Below are positions 50,001 to 62,110 of a DNA stretch of 62,249 nt, piece by piece (the stretch's first letter is position 1; every line of letters starts with the position of its first letter). The notes beneath the pieces were generated by a model that saw only the letters and a program-made list of their open reading frames with translations, did no database searches and was not told where the DNA came from. The translations under genes and the position numbers were made by a program. The stretch comes from Azolla caroliniana (Eukaryota > Plantae > Polypodiophyta), in contig JBHGNT010000166.1 in assembly GCA_043228905.1 (NCBI GenBank), forward strand, positions 1-62,249, read 5' to 3'.

Positions 50001-50597
50001 ACCAACCCTCGTGCCGAGGATCATTTGGAGAGGCTACGCAAGATCCAGATGGATCTCTCTACTCACCTTCGTCATGCTCAACACACACAGAAGACTTATG
50101 CGGATTGTCATCGGATTCCCTCCTCTTTTGCCATCGGAGATCGAGTATGGCTCTTACGTCGTCACATCAAGACTACTCGACCGTGCGACAAGTTGGATTA
50201 TCGACGACTCGGTCCTTTCCGTATTACGGGGAAGATTAATGATGTCACCTTCCGCCTTGATCTCCCTCCGCAGCTTCAGATACATCCGGTTTTCCATTGT
50301 TCTCTTCTTGAACCTTATAAAGCAAACACCATTCCCGATCGTGTGACACCACCGCCGCCCCCACTGGAGTTGGACGCCGGCCCGGAGTATGAAGTTGCTG
50401 CCATCCTCGATTCCAAACTTGTTCGCAACAAACTCTATTACTTGGTCGATTGGCTCGGTTATAGTCCGAGCGAACGTACTTGGGAACCCGTCGAGAATGT
50501 TGCCAATGCACAAGATCTTCTTGCTGATTTCCACCGAAAGTATCCGGACAAACCCGGTCCGCAAGTAGCGCTGACTCGTTCCACTCGTCGTCTTTAA
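47013..50597 (+). CDS. pol: Pol: protease-RT-RNaseH-integrase-chromodomain, in the -1 frame relative to gag
   Basis: LLDSGA; YLDD; DASD; HHCC and DDE integrase; C-terminal YEVAAILDS...YLVDWLGY...TWEP chromodomain. The frame opens at 47013 with no ATG nearby. Confidence 0.95.
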   Translation, partial: RVKRLSPAKIGAIWLDSSPRSVQPISGSIPSKQVSNVFLAQVIVSTKSTPPVPVLALLDSGANSCFMDRNFAQASQISLRKLPCPASVVVIDGRPIASGNIVEESEPIQVVLGSFVCIISFNIISSPEHPIVLGLPWLELHNPAIDWRTREVRYRPPQESTRRVSTISLHQLREEGPKEAMFLFSISVHPSSTIKKDSSVQLPAKYHPYADVFDKVKAGTLPHHRPYDCPIDLQPGTEPPWGPIYNLSPIELEVLRAYIEENLASRFIRHSKSPAGAPIFFVKKKDGSLRLVVDYRGLNKVTIRNRYALPLISSLLERVNGAKFFTKIDLRGAYNLVRIRPGDEWKTAFRTRYGHFEYTVMPFGLTNAPAVFQHMANDIFRDLLDICLIIYLDDLLIYSKTQEEHDSHVLLVLKRLRENGLYAKLEKCSFDCKQVEFLGYVISSKGIAMDPAKIQTILEWQIPRSVRDVQCFLGFANFYRKFIQDYSKIILPLTQLTKKGQAFLWSIEADMAFRHLKKAFTSAPILAHVDTSKPFIMEADASDFALGSILSQQGDKEELHPVAFHSRKFDVAEINYEIHDKELLAIVDSFVQWRHFLEGSPHQVIVFSDHKNLAYFQNARVLNRRQARWAQFLTRFDFKITYRPGKQQGKADALSRRSYLAPRPGEATFDNQKQVILGPTRLHTTRIFHTPMDSRITDDIRATLKTDSFAQDILAHIDTSRASCSQSQQPGIDYRQFEYHDGLLFFKKRVYVPDCSCRLQIVQHCHDTHTAGHFGSTKTLELVQRSFWWPHMRRFVDDYVWTCDACCRAKMPRHHPYGLLEPLPIPSKPWQSICLDFITDLPVSKGFDAILTVVDRYTKMAHFVPCTKAITSEETAALVMCEVFRHHGLPDSIISDRGPQFVSKFWQHLFKMLKVSCNLSSGYHPQTDGQAERTNQTLEQYLRCFLSYQQDDWAEILHFAEFAYNNAIHSSTRVSPFFAYTGFHPRWSVIDTPELPTNPRAEDHLERLRKIQMDLSTHLRHAQHTQKTYADCHRIPSSFAIGDRVWLLRRHIKTTRPCDKLDYRRLGPFRITGKINDVTFRLDLPPQLQIHPVFHCSLLEPYKANTIPDRVTPPPPPLELDAGPEYEVAAILDSKLVRNKLYYLVDWLGYSPSERTWEPVENVANAQDLLADFHRKYPDKPGPQVALTRSTRRL

Positions 50598-52693
50598 GGG
50601 GGAGATAGTGTCATGAGATGGCAAGACTCGAACCCATGACCTTATGGTATATGGGTCGAGCTCTTAACCATCTCACCATCTATTGTAATTCATAGAATAT
50701 TATTTTCATTTATGTTTTATTATAAGAAAGTAATGTATATTCCAGATTTCTCTGGAACATTCTAGAAGCTTCAGGATTATTCCTGAGAACACTATAAAAG
50801 AAGGCACTAAGCATTATGTTGAACCAAATTGGTTCAACACCAGTCTTAAGCCTCTTAGTCGATTTGTACTTATCTTTCATATAATATAAGAGCTGCTGTC
50901 ATCATCCTATTTCTCTCTCTCTCTCCTCTTCTCACTTCCTCTCTCTCTCGGGAATCTTACGCAGTCCCGTCCTCTTAGTACTAATAGTACTAATAGTACT
51001 ACTCTTCTTAGTACTAATTCCATCTCTGTTTTAGTACTATTCCTGACATCGAGGACCTTCATCCCCTTATCCCGTGTTTCCACCCAATCTTCGAATCCCC
51101 TCCTCATTTCCTTGGAGGAGTCCTCGATGGCGAACGTGGTCTTTAGCGCCTCTTCAAATGCCTCCCACATCAGATTTTGCTACTGTATCCCGTGGATACT
51201 CCTTGAAGCTCGTCGGTCGCCACCCGGTTGAAGGATGTCACTTGCAGTCCTTCCGAAATCCCGCACCGTAACATTTCCGCCTTGTAATCTCGCAAATCCC
51301 GCGACACATCTTTCCCATTGAATTGCCCGTTGCGTTGCACGAGCCACTCTATTGCCGCTACAATCTCCGACATCGCGTGTTGTTCTTGTAGCATCCGCTC
51401 ATGTTGTTAGCCCCTGGTTGATTTTCCATCTCCTTGCCACTCAGTTTCACGTCAGGTTCACCACTTATGTCGTGCCTTTCGGCTCCGGATCATTGCGTGA
51501 GTCGGGTGGGAACCACTGAGGTTTTGGACTAGGAGAAAGAAGAATACAATATAAGGCTAGTTATGGATAGGTAGAAAAAGAAGTAAGAAATAAAACTTGT
51601 GAATCCCACGTTTTTAGTGTATTTTAATCAATATTTAGATTGTAAGAAAGAGAATTCTGATAATAAACTCATGAATCCCACGAATATATTAGATTGATCA
51701 ATCCTTGTAAAATAATCAACAACATCATACATCTTTCTCTCCTCCATATATAAGGATGGAAGAGGCTAAGCATAGCTTCATGCTTTTTCTAAAGTGTTCA
51801 TGCACACTAAATGTGCTTGAGTTGCCTTTTACACTATGCTTTTATTTCCTAAATATAGTGCTCATGCTCGTTAGATGTGCATGAGTAATTTTTTATTGGT
51901 GTACATTTTTCTTACAAATAAAGTATTCACGCATTCTAAAAATGCATGACTTACCTTTTAATAAAGGTAGGCATAAATAAAGGTCTTATACGTAAAATTT
52001 ATATTCTTAGGATAAGTTAGTACAATGGTAAGGTTGGGGTTTGTTTACGTGGAGGTATTGGGTTCGAATCTTGCCCTATGCATGTAACAATCTTTTCTTC
52101 AATTTATAAATTTGTCTCTTCATCCGGTGAGAGACTCTCACCGGCCTTCTTTATCCAACTCTTGTCGGTTCTGCTTGATCTGGTTCTTACCGGGTCTCCT
52201 TACCGGGTCCTCCTTGCCGGTTCTTCCTTCATCCGGTTCTCACCGGTTCTCCTCATCGGGTCCTCCTTACCGGTTCTTCCTTGTCCCGTCTGGAGGAATA
52301 AAAATGCAATTTTCACGTAGTGTGCGAATTACACTACGACAACGTCTTCTAAGGCCAAAATTGTTCCATGACACAAATGGTTTACAACAGAAAATGGGAT
52401 ATTTACCCATTCATCGAGAGTAAAAATTAAATTAAAATAAGATAAAATAGAGTTTAAGCTAAATAGTTCTAGTAAAATAATAAACATGTTCTATATAAAA
52501 ATCATGTTCTATAATGAAAATGTTATACTAGGCCTAATTTCATTTCAATCCAAGTCTCTCGAAGAGAAGCGGGAGGTCAAAGGGTTGCGATGTGGATGTG
52601 GCCCGTGATGTCAATGTAAAAGGTACCCCAACCATAGCTTCTAGTCGACGTAGCTCACGTTCCCTTATCTTGTTAATCTTTTTTACTCCACGC

Positions 52694-53623
52694 TATCGTG
52701 CGGTTTTTCACACACGATATGAAAACTAGTAAAACATTTATTTAAGATTAGCTTAATGTATTCATATGGAAAGATAGATGTCTTCAAGAGCTTTATAACG
52801 TATTTTACTACGCATGAAACGGATAAACAAGTATCAGGTTATGTGAGTGTGAAGTTTGAAGAAAAAAAAGAAAAGACAAAACTATGAGATATCCCACATA
52901 GATAGGACAACATTCGAACCCAAGATATATAATGGAAACCAAAACATATTCATTCTATCAATGTGTGGAGCACAAAATGTTCAAGGTGACTTGGGCTACA
53001 TTGTGTGGTGTGCATGTTTTAGGCATATGTGCGTGTGCACGACCGTGTGGATGCTATGGGCGTATGCGTGTGCAAGTTTCGGACATTTTCGGACATTTTC
53101 GGACATACGCGCATGTGCAAGTTTCGGGCGAACGCGTGCACGACCGCCTGCACGTTTCGGACGGACACACGCGTGCGTGGATGCATACACCATGCGGTCG
53201 GGACTTTTAGGCATATGTGCGTGTGCACGACCGTGTGGATGCTATGGGCGTATGCGTGTGTGCACGACTGTGTGGACATTTTCGGACGTACGCGCATGTG
53301 CAAGTTTCGGGCGAACGCGTGCACGACCGCCTGCACGTTTCGGACGGACACACGCGTGCGTGGATGCATACACCATGTGGTGGGGACTTTTAGGCATATG
53401 TGCGTGTGCACGACCGTGTGGATGCTATGGGCGTATGCGTGTGTGCACGGATGTGTGGACATTTTCGGACGTACGCGCATGTGCAAGTTTCGGGCGAACG
53501 CGTGCACGACCGCCTGCACGTTTCGGACGGACACACGTGTGCGTGGATGCATACACCATGCAGTCGGGACTTTTTGCGCACAGACGCGTTTATGGTTTGG
53601 TTGCGACGCACGCACGAATATGC
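52694..53623 (+). repeat. Family-B LTR 5' portion with three ~183-188 bp tandem RY-rich units (53017-53572)
   Basis: Matches 12408 onward; units start at 53017, 53205 and 53388; interrupted by E5 at 53624. Confidence 0.88.
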
Positions 53624-54537
53624 TGTCGTAGTGTGAATTACACACTATGTGAGATATGTAAAACACTATATCCGATTTAGAGTACGTATAATAAATAAAA
53701 AAATATTAAAAATATTTATTATGTGCATAGGGCAGGATTCAAACCCTGTACCTCCACGTAGACAAACTGTAGCCTTACCACTATACTAGCATACTATGAA
53801 TCTTAAAGTTATACTAAACTTTATCTCATCTAAATATTCTAGATATGCATGGTACAAAAAGTTATTCATGCATACACACTCGAGTTAAAAGAAAAGATGG
53901 GATAGAAAGCTAATCATGCACATGCAGTGTGCATGAAAACTAAAGTTAGGAAAAGCAAGATGCTTGCATGTGATAAACTTAGACTCTTCCAACTCTATAT
54001 AAGGAAGAGAGAAAGATGTATAGGGGTTGTTGATTTTCTTTAGAAGGATTGATTAATACAAAATATTCGTGGGATTCATGATTTTACCATCTAATTCTCT
54101 CTTACAATCTAATTGCCCATTAATACATTATACTCGTGGGATTCACGAGTTTCATATCTTCTTCTTACTATCACTTCCTAACTAACATTATCTCATATTC
54201 TTCTTTCTCGTAGTCCAAAACCCCAGCGGTTCCCACCCGACTCACGCAAATGATCCGGCGCCGAAAGGCATGACACAAGTGGTGAACCCGACGTGAACAC
54301 GGGTGGCAAGGAGATGGAAAATCAACTAGAGGCTAACAACATGATGATGATGTTCGAGCGGATGCTTCAAGAACAACGTGCGATGTCGGAGATAATGGCG
54401 ATAGTAGAGCGTCTCGTGCAATAGATCGGGCAATTCAACGGAAAGGACGTATCTCGCTATCTTCGGGACTACAAGGCGGAAATGATATGGTGTGGGATTT
54501 CGGAAGGACTACAAGTGACATCCTTCAACCAGGTGGC
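53624..54537 (+). mobile_element. Phygy-like family A element E5: 5' LTR, PBS and gag start
   Basis: LTR TGTCGTAGTG...GGCATGACA 53624-54275; perfect tRNA-Trp PBS 54280-54297; gag ATG at 54314; cut at 54538 by a chromovirus. Confidence 0.88.
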
Positions 54538-57500
54538 TGTCATGATATGGCAAGACTCGAACCCTTGACCTTAGGTTATATGGGTCGAGCTCTTGACCAT
54601 TAGATCATCTATTGTAATACGTAGGATATTATTTTCATTTACATTTTATTATAGGAAATTAATGTATATTCCAGATTTCTCCGGAACATTCTAAAAGCTT
54701 CAGGATTACTCCTGAAAACACTATAAAAGAGGGCACTAGGCATTATGTTGAACCAAATTGGTTCAACGCTAGTCTTAAGCCATTTAGCCACCATTGTATA
54801 TTCTCTTCACATAATACATATCTTTCGTATCATCACTCTCTCCCTCTCTCGATCTCTCTCTTTCTCTCTATCTCGCTCACTTCTTCCTTCTCTTAAAGAA
54901 GTTCTACACCTCTCATAGTACTAATCCTTCGTTTAGTACTAATTCCTTCTTTGTCTTAGTACTGTTCCTGACAGTTTGAACCAATTTTCCTACTTTCTGT
55001 CTCTCTAATTTCCGACTAATCTCTTATTCCTCTTTTCTTTCATCCCATGGCCACTGTTAGTGCTGAAGAATATCAATCTGTTTTCTCGGAATTTCAATGC
55101 TTGAAAGAGAAGTTCCATGCTTTGGAACAAGAAAACCAATGGTTGATGGGGGATCTTCAGCAAATCTCCTTACAAAAGCAGCAAACGCAACAACAGCATG
55201 GGGAACTTGCGTTACGCGTGCAACAACTCGAAGCCACCATCGTAGCGATGCAACAACAAGGGCCCGGAACACAAGGGATTCATAAAGAACCCAAGATTGG
55301 CCTTCCCACGAAGTTCGATGGAACGCAATCGCAGTTTAGAGGGTTCCTTAACTAGGTACGATTAGTTATTCAAATGCATCCTTCCCGATATCCCACCGAT
55401 GCATCACGAGTGGGTTTAGTAGGCACTTTGTTAAGTGGCTCAGCGTTGGCATGGTTCGCTCCACTATTAGAAAAGGAATCTCCGTTACTCAACAATTTTG
55501 AAGAGTTTCTAGGTGAGTTTAAAGCATGTTTCGGAGATACTGACAGCATCAGGACCGCAATCAACAAAATTCGGCGATTACGCCAAGGTGACCATCCAGC
55601 CTCCGCATACGCTGCAGATTTTCGCCTACTCGCCGCCGATATCCCTTGGGATGATCAAGCGTTGATGGAGCAATTCCGTTATGGTTTACGCAACGACGTC
55701 AAGGATTTACTCTTGACCTTCCCCGAGGAGCCAAAGTCCTTAACAGAGGCAATCAATCGCGTGATGAGATGTGACAACCGCCTCTTTGAGCGAGGTTTGG
55801 AACGACAAGTACAAATGCCGAGGGCAAGATCAGAACCCACCTATGCCTCAATGGTAGGAAGACCTTTTCCGAGGGAGTCATATAATGTGCCTCCAGCGAA
55901 TACTCTGACACCGATGGAGATTGACACTACACGTCGTCAAGGGCCATTATCCGAAGAAGAAAAGCAGCGATGCCGTACAAATTGACTGTCTTTACTGCGG
56001 TGGACCAGGACATATCGCAATAAATTGCCCCCATAGGCCAAGAAGACAGGTAAACCAAATAGTCGCTAGTTCTAATTGTACTAAACCCGAGCCTATTTCA
56101 GTAGGGATATTTGATAGTCCTAATAGTACTAATAGCCTAGATCTAGCGAACAAATTTGATGTCCTTAGTCAGTTAGAAGAAGAGTTAAACGACTAAGTCC
56201 AGCCAAAATAGGAGCCGTTTGGTTGGACAACCCTAGATCTATGCAACCCATTAGTGGTTCCATTCCCTCTAAGCAAGTTAGTGATATGTTCGTAGCCCAA
56301 GTAATAGTTAGTACTAAAAGTACCCCTCCAGTACATGTCCTAGCACTCCTAGATTCCGGAGCGAACTCCTTCTTTATGGATAAGAAATTTGCTCAAGCTC
56401 ATAAGATATCCCTAAGAAAACTCCAGTGTCCAGCCTCTATAGTAGTCATTGGACGTCCCATTGCTTCCGTAAATATCATAGAAGAGTCAGAGCCCATTAA
56501 TATTGTCCTAGATAACTTAGCATATGTAGTATCATTTAATATTATTAGTATCCCAGAACATCCTATAGTTTTAGGATTACCGTGGTTTGAGTTACATAAC
56601 CCAGACATAGATTGGAGAATAAGAGAAATCCGGTGTCGACAAACCCAAGGGTCAACTCAGAAGATGGCAACCATTTCACTATGTCAGTTGCGTAAAGAAG
56701 GGCGCAATGAGGAAATGTTACTCTTTGTAATATCAGTAAACCCCTCCAGCACCACTAAAGAAGAATCCACCGTTCAACTTCCCGAGAAGTATCGTCATTA
56801 CGCCGATGTGTTCGATAAAGTACAAGCCAACACACTTCCTCATCATTGACCGTACGATTGCCCCATCGATTTACAACCAGGAAAAGAGCCGCCATGGGGA
56901 TCGATCTACAATTTGTCACCAACCGAGCTGGAAGTCCTTCGGGCTTATATAGAGGAGAATTTGGAAAATGGTTTCATTCAGCATTCGAAATCTCCAGCCG
57001 GCGCGCCCATTTTCTTCGTCAAGAAAAAGGATGGATCGCTTCGTCTCGTTGTAGATTATCGTGGCTTGAATAAGGTTACAATAAGGAATAGGTATGCTCT
57101 TCCCCTTATCTCAAGTCTTTTAGAACGGATCAATGGTGCCAGGTTCTTCACGAAGATCGACTTACGGGGAAGCATATAACCTCGTACGGATCCGACCAGG
57201 AGACAAATGGAAGACCGCGTTTCGCACCAGATATGGGCACTTCGAGTATATGGTCATGCCGTTCGGCCTCACTAATGCGCCGACAGTCTTCCAACACATG
57301 GCTAATGATATATTCTGAGATCTATTGGATGATTGTTTGATCATCTATTTGGATGATCTACTGGTTTATTCAAAGACCCAAGAAGAACATGATTCTCATG
57401 TACTATTAGTACTAAAACGACTTCGAGAACATGGTCTGTATGCAAAGCTGGAAAAATGTAGTTTCAGGTGCAACCAAGTGGAATTTCTCGGCTACATCAT

Positions 57501-59055
57501 TTCGTCAGAAGGCATCTCCATGGACCCAACTAAGGTCAAAACGGTGGTAGAATGGCTGACTCCGCGTTCGGTGCGGGATGTGCAATGCTTCCTAGGCTTT
57601 GCCAATTTTTACCAGAAGTTCATACAAGATTACTCAAAGATTGTTCTACCTCTTACACAACTTACCAGGAAGGGACAACCGTTCATCTGGTCTAAAGAAA
57701 CGGACATGGCTTTCAAGAGTCTTAAAAAGGCATTTACATCGGCTCCAATACTAGCTCATGTTGATTCGGAAAAACCATTCATTATCGAAGCTGACGCATC
57801 GGATTTTGCATTGGGGAACATTCTGTCACAACAGGGGAATGATGAGAAGCTACATCTTGTGGCTTTTCACTCACGCAAGTTTGACGCCGCCGAAATCAAC
57901 TACGAAATTCATGATAAGGAGCTATTGGCAATAGTGGATTCTTTTATGCAATGGAGGCATTTTCTGGAGGGATCCTCTCATCCAGTCACCGTATTTAGTG
58001 ACCACAAGAATCTTGCCTACTTTTAGGATGCTCGTGTGTTGAATCGACGTCAAGCTCGGTGGGCCCACTTCCTCATGCGTTTTGACTTCAAAATTACATA
58101 TCGTCCGGGGAAGCACCAAGGGAAGGCAGATGCATTATCACAACGTTCGTATCTAGCACCCCGTCCCGGCGAGCCAGCTTTCGATAACCAAAAACAAGTC
58201 ATCTTGGGACCGACACGACTACAAGCAACACAGATCTTTGACATGCCCATGGATTCCCGTGTTATCGATACCATACGTGAAGACTTGAAGACAGATGCGT
58301 TCGCCCAAGCTATACTAGCACAAATTGATCCCTCTCGAGTGTCGTGTTCACAGTCGCAACCACTAGGTACGGACTATCGGCAATTCAAATACCATGATGG
58401 ATTACTCTTCTTTAAAGAACTTTTGTATGTTCCTAATGGTTCTTGCCGCCTTCGAGTAGTACAAAACTGTCATGACACATATACAGCTGGGCATTTTGGT
58501 AGTACTAAAACATTAGATTTATTACAACGATCATTCTGGTGGCCCTGTATGTGACAATTTGTCGAGGATTTTGTTCGGACTTGTGATACATGCTATAGAG
58601 CGAAAATGCCAAGGCATCATCTGGTTTATTAGAACCATTACCAATTCCAAGCAAGCCGTGGCAATCCATTGCTCTAGACTTCATCACAGATCTTCCAGTC
58701 TCTAAGGGGTTCAATGCGATTCTAACGGTGGTTGATCGATATACGAAGATGGATCATTTCTTGCCATGTACTAAGGAGATCTCAAGTGAAGACACTGCCG
58801 AAATTGTCATGCGTGAAGTATGTCGGCATCATGGACTTCCCGATAGTATCATCAGTGACCGTGGACCCCAGTTCGTGTCAAAATTCTGGAAGCACCTTTT
58901 TAACATGCTCAAGGTCACTTGTAACCTCTCCTCCGGCTACCACCCACAAACCGACAGCCAAGCTGAACGAACAAATCAAACGCTGGAGCAGTATGTGCGG
59001 TGCTTTCTCAGCTATCATCAGGATGACTGGGCAGATATTCTCCACTTCGCCGAAT
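54538..59055 (+). mobile_element. Degenerate, 3'-truncated Tcn1-like chromovirus
   Basis: 5' LTR 54538-54972; gag and pol are homologous to 45871-49900 with many stops and frameshifts; ends within integrase. Confidence 0.92.
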
Positions 59056-59094
59056 TAAGGCCATGTAACTCTAAGGGAGCCCTTTCCGTCCCCG

Positions 59095-61190
59095 ATGAAG
59101 CCCCCAAAAAGGGCATCTAAAGTGCAATCAAGATTAGCAAAAAAGAAGACCACTAAAATGTCGGACTTCGACTCATCAAGCTCAACCAAAGATGAGGACC
59201 CTAGGGGGACGCCAAGTGCTGAGGTGGCATTTGGTGTGTTGTCATCCGAGCAGAATAAGATACAGAGAGAGTTAATGTAGCGCAAACTGGTGAGAAAAGG
59301 GCAAGTGTTTAATTTGCCTATAACACACATCCATCGCCCCCCCTAGTAGATGTAATAATAGGATGAAGACCAGTTGAGATTAGAGAGCCGCACCGAATGC
59401 ATGTTCAGAATCTCAAGAAAAAAATGAAAATAAATCTGCATGCTACAATTGTGCCTTTTATTGTGATGGTAGATCCCGAAGAATGTTCCACAACTAAGGA
59501 CTTCGACGTGAGAAAGCATGATCAATACAATTACTTTGTAATTGGTGGATCACAATTGGTTGAAGCATGCCGACAGCTTGTTAGAGAGCACCCAACGACT
59601 TTCTTCTTCAAGTATGCTGAGTGCAAAATATACGTGGGCCTCACAACTAAAGAGGCAAAGCTTTTGGTATGGGACCACAACAACGACAACGACTATAGGC
59701 AGAAAATGTCATCTATTGAATGGATAAGGTTCTTCCACCATGAATACCTGGACGTCAAACAAAAGTTTGGTGTGAAGCTACACCCCGGCCTACGACGTCA
59801 ATGCCTTCATGAGGTCGGCATGGTGGTGGATGATAATGTTAAGTCTGATGGTCTTCGGAAATATGAGTCCTGGTTTCAACTTGCCTTTAGAGATGGAGAA
59901 GTATGGGACCTACAAGATCAAATCTTCTCAATGTGGGAGAATAAGGAGGTCAAGGGTCAACGACAAAAGAAATGTAAGGTAGACCCTCAGCTAGAATTAA
60001 AGCCACAAGTGGCCAATAAAATTGATTTGACAATTGAAGAAGTGGTTGACTACATGAAGCTGTCTCTGTGGAGAGCGATGCAAGGTATTAAGGACGAGTA
60101 GCTTCTTGTGTCTATTTTGTCAAGGGCTGTGGCGAAAGAATTAAGCCTTGAAGAAATGGTCATTGAGTTCAATAAGTAAGTTTTTCAAATAGTGATATTG
60201 AATTCAATATGGTGCAATATAAAGTTCTAATTTCACATTCATAAGGTGTACATGAAGATCCAAGAAGTTATGATGAAACAACTTGGATGTATAACTTGGG
60301 AACAAGTGACCGAGGATTATCCTCTAATGTCTTCATATAAGGCGTTATCTGAGTATTTTATTGCATTCAAGGATTGGGTTAGTATTGGCGTTTTTCATTA
60401 AGTATTCCTCATATGTAGAGGTTGTGTAATAATATTTGATGTCTTATTGCTTCTATTAGAAACCGTGTCGTGGCAAGAAACAAGGAGAAGTTAACGATAT
60501 ACACGATTTGTCGACATCCTTCCTTGCACATCTCAAGAGAGCCAAAAAAGAAAAGGATCGTCGCTTAGTCAAGGGGTACGAAATTGAGGAAGATGGCTCC
60601 TTCAAAAAAATTAGCCACAAAAAGGACATTACTAGAGATCTTTACTACAACGTGATTTGTGGCGATGTCGTTGACATGATCCAAAAAGTGCCAAAGAAGA
60701 AATATATACTAATGATGGTTGATATTCCATACAAATTTCGAATGGCAGGGTCTTCATACGACGATGAACCTTTTAGGTTCAAACAATTAGAGAAGATGGT
60801 CAAGGATTTTGCTAAGCTAATGACTGCATCCTTGTGGAGGATAGTTGTCTTTCATAGTATGGACCAAGGGTACTTGGTAGCTCAAACTTTGAGATCTCGT
60901 TGCCATGGCATCGAGAACCTTGCATGGTAACGATTATTTATAAGTCTCATTCACTATATTGCCTTTCTTAATATTGTTCAATCTATTCTTAACTCGATGC
61001 AATATTTGTTATAGGATAAAAACCAATGTCAATAGAGGGCCAACCTTTCAGTTCGTAAATGCCATTGAATACATTACAGTTGACTGCTTCGATGAAATAA
61101 AGAAACAAAGAATCAAGGAGCATTCTAATGAAGTCGGAGGTTCAAATATGCTAGTATATCCAACAGTGACAAGGAAATTGCGACATGTCA
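59095..61190 (+). pseudogene. Spliced ParB-like domain plus beta-class N6-adenine/N4-cytosine DNA methyltransferase fusion gene, decayed and 3'-truncated
   Basis: ParB-like pattern LPITHI...IREP...HVQNLKKKM...PFIVMV...YFVIGGSQLVEACRQL...IYVGLTTKEAKLL...HN. MTase pattern VICGD (60652-60666), VDIPY (DIPY 60721-60732), WIKTN...FVNAIEYI...SNMLVYP. Putative GT-AG introns ~60176-60245 (phase unclear), 60378-60459 and 60927-61014. Confidence 0.65.
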
Positions 61191-61709
61191 CTACGACAGA
61201 ACGAGGACTTGTCAAGTTTAGTATCCTACATTGTCCACAATTATATACATACGAGTATGGGTCAAAATATAAATTATAACTCATTTTATTAGTATGGATA
61301 CAAGTACACCTCATATTTTTGTAAAACTTACCAAAATAATATAAGTCTTTAACTTAGTGTTTGCCATGTTGCACATTAGTGAGATATTGACCCATTGTTG
61401 AAATTTATTATGCTTACATTAACTTATCAACACATCCAAACTTATTTGAATTTCTAATGTTCTCCACTCGGAGACCTATCATGTATTGTTATATTTGCAA
61501 ATTTTAATCAAGTTGTGGAACATGTGATACTAGTGCATCCAATTTTTGTAGAGAGGGTATATTTGGATATTTTCAAGAAGATTCTACAAGTGGAATGCGC
61601 GATCCTTCCACTTGTGAACGCGAATGTGTTTATATCTTTTGTTATCATCATTCTCTCTCTCAATCTCGATCTCTCTCTCTCAAGTAAATTCTCGATGACC
61701 CAGGAAACC

Positions 61710-62110
61710 AAAGATAGGCTAACGAGAGGGTATGCATCCCTCTCACTCTTAGAGAAACAATGCCACCAGGCATACTTTCAAGAGTCACAGACCAAGGGAT
61801 GACTCTTTGACTCATTAGTGACCCCTTCCCTCATGTATGCATCAGTAGTATGGGCTCCAGGTCTACCATCTTTCATGTGGACGCAATTAGAGAGACCTTT
61901 GGTGACGATGTTATCACGTCAAATACGAAGCAAATCAACAGTACCACATTACATTATTAGAGCAGAGTTCAGTCTACCCCCGATGTAAGTAGAAGCACTC
62001 TTTCAAGTGGTAGTTTTTATTCATCGGATACATAGCCAACCACAAGATAGGATATCCCGTCGAGCCTTTGAGGCATCTTGATCCCTACATGTGTCTGGAG
62101 ACACTAGCTC
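61710..62110 (+). mobile_element. LINE ORF2 fragment (region after RT)
   Basis: Reading through the stop after ORF 61515-61802 gives LFDSLVTPSLMYASVVWA...IIRAEFSLPP, typical of a LINE RT thumb region. Confidence 0.6.

Larger units (their letters stand above)
45362..51048 (+). mobile_element. Intact Ty3/gypsy chromovirus (Tcn1-like)
   Basis: 440-bp LTRs at 45362-45801 and 50609-51048, identical by eye; TSD TCGAG; PPT AAGGGGGAGATAG 50596-50608; uninterrupted gag and pol. Confidence 0.97.
39416..52341 (-). mobile_element. Phygy-like family A element E4, degenerate, with a chromovirus inserted in gag
   Basis: 4-bp TSD ACGT (39412-39415 and 52342-52345); 5' LTR 51468-52341; PBS 51446-51463; 3' LTR 39416-~40203 lacking its start and PPT; internal region closely matches E1. 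Confidence 0.92.

Noticed and set aside
52856-53680. Cys/Arg/His-rich ORFs in several frames (also near 3830-4215 and 12570-13125)
   Set aside because: They arise from stop-poor RY-alternating LTR repeats.
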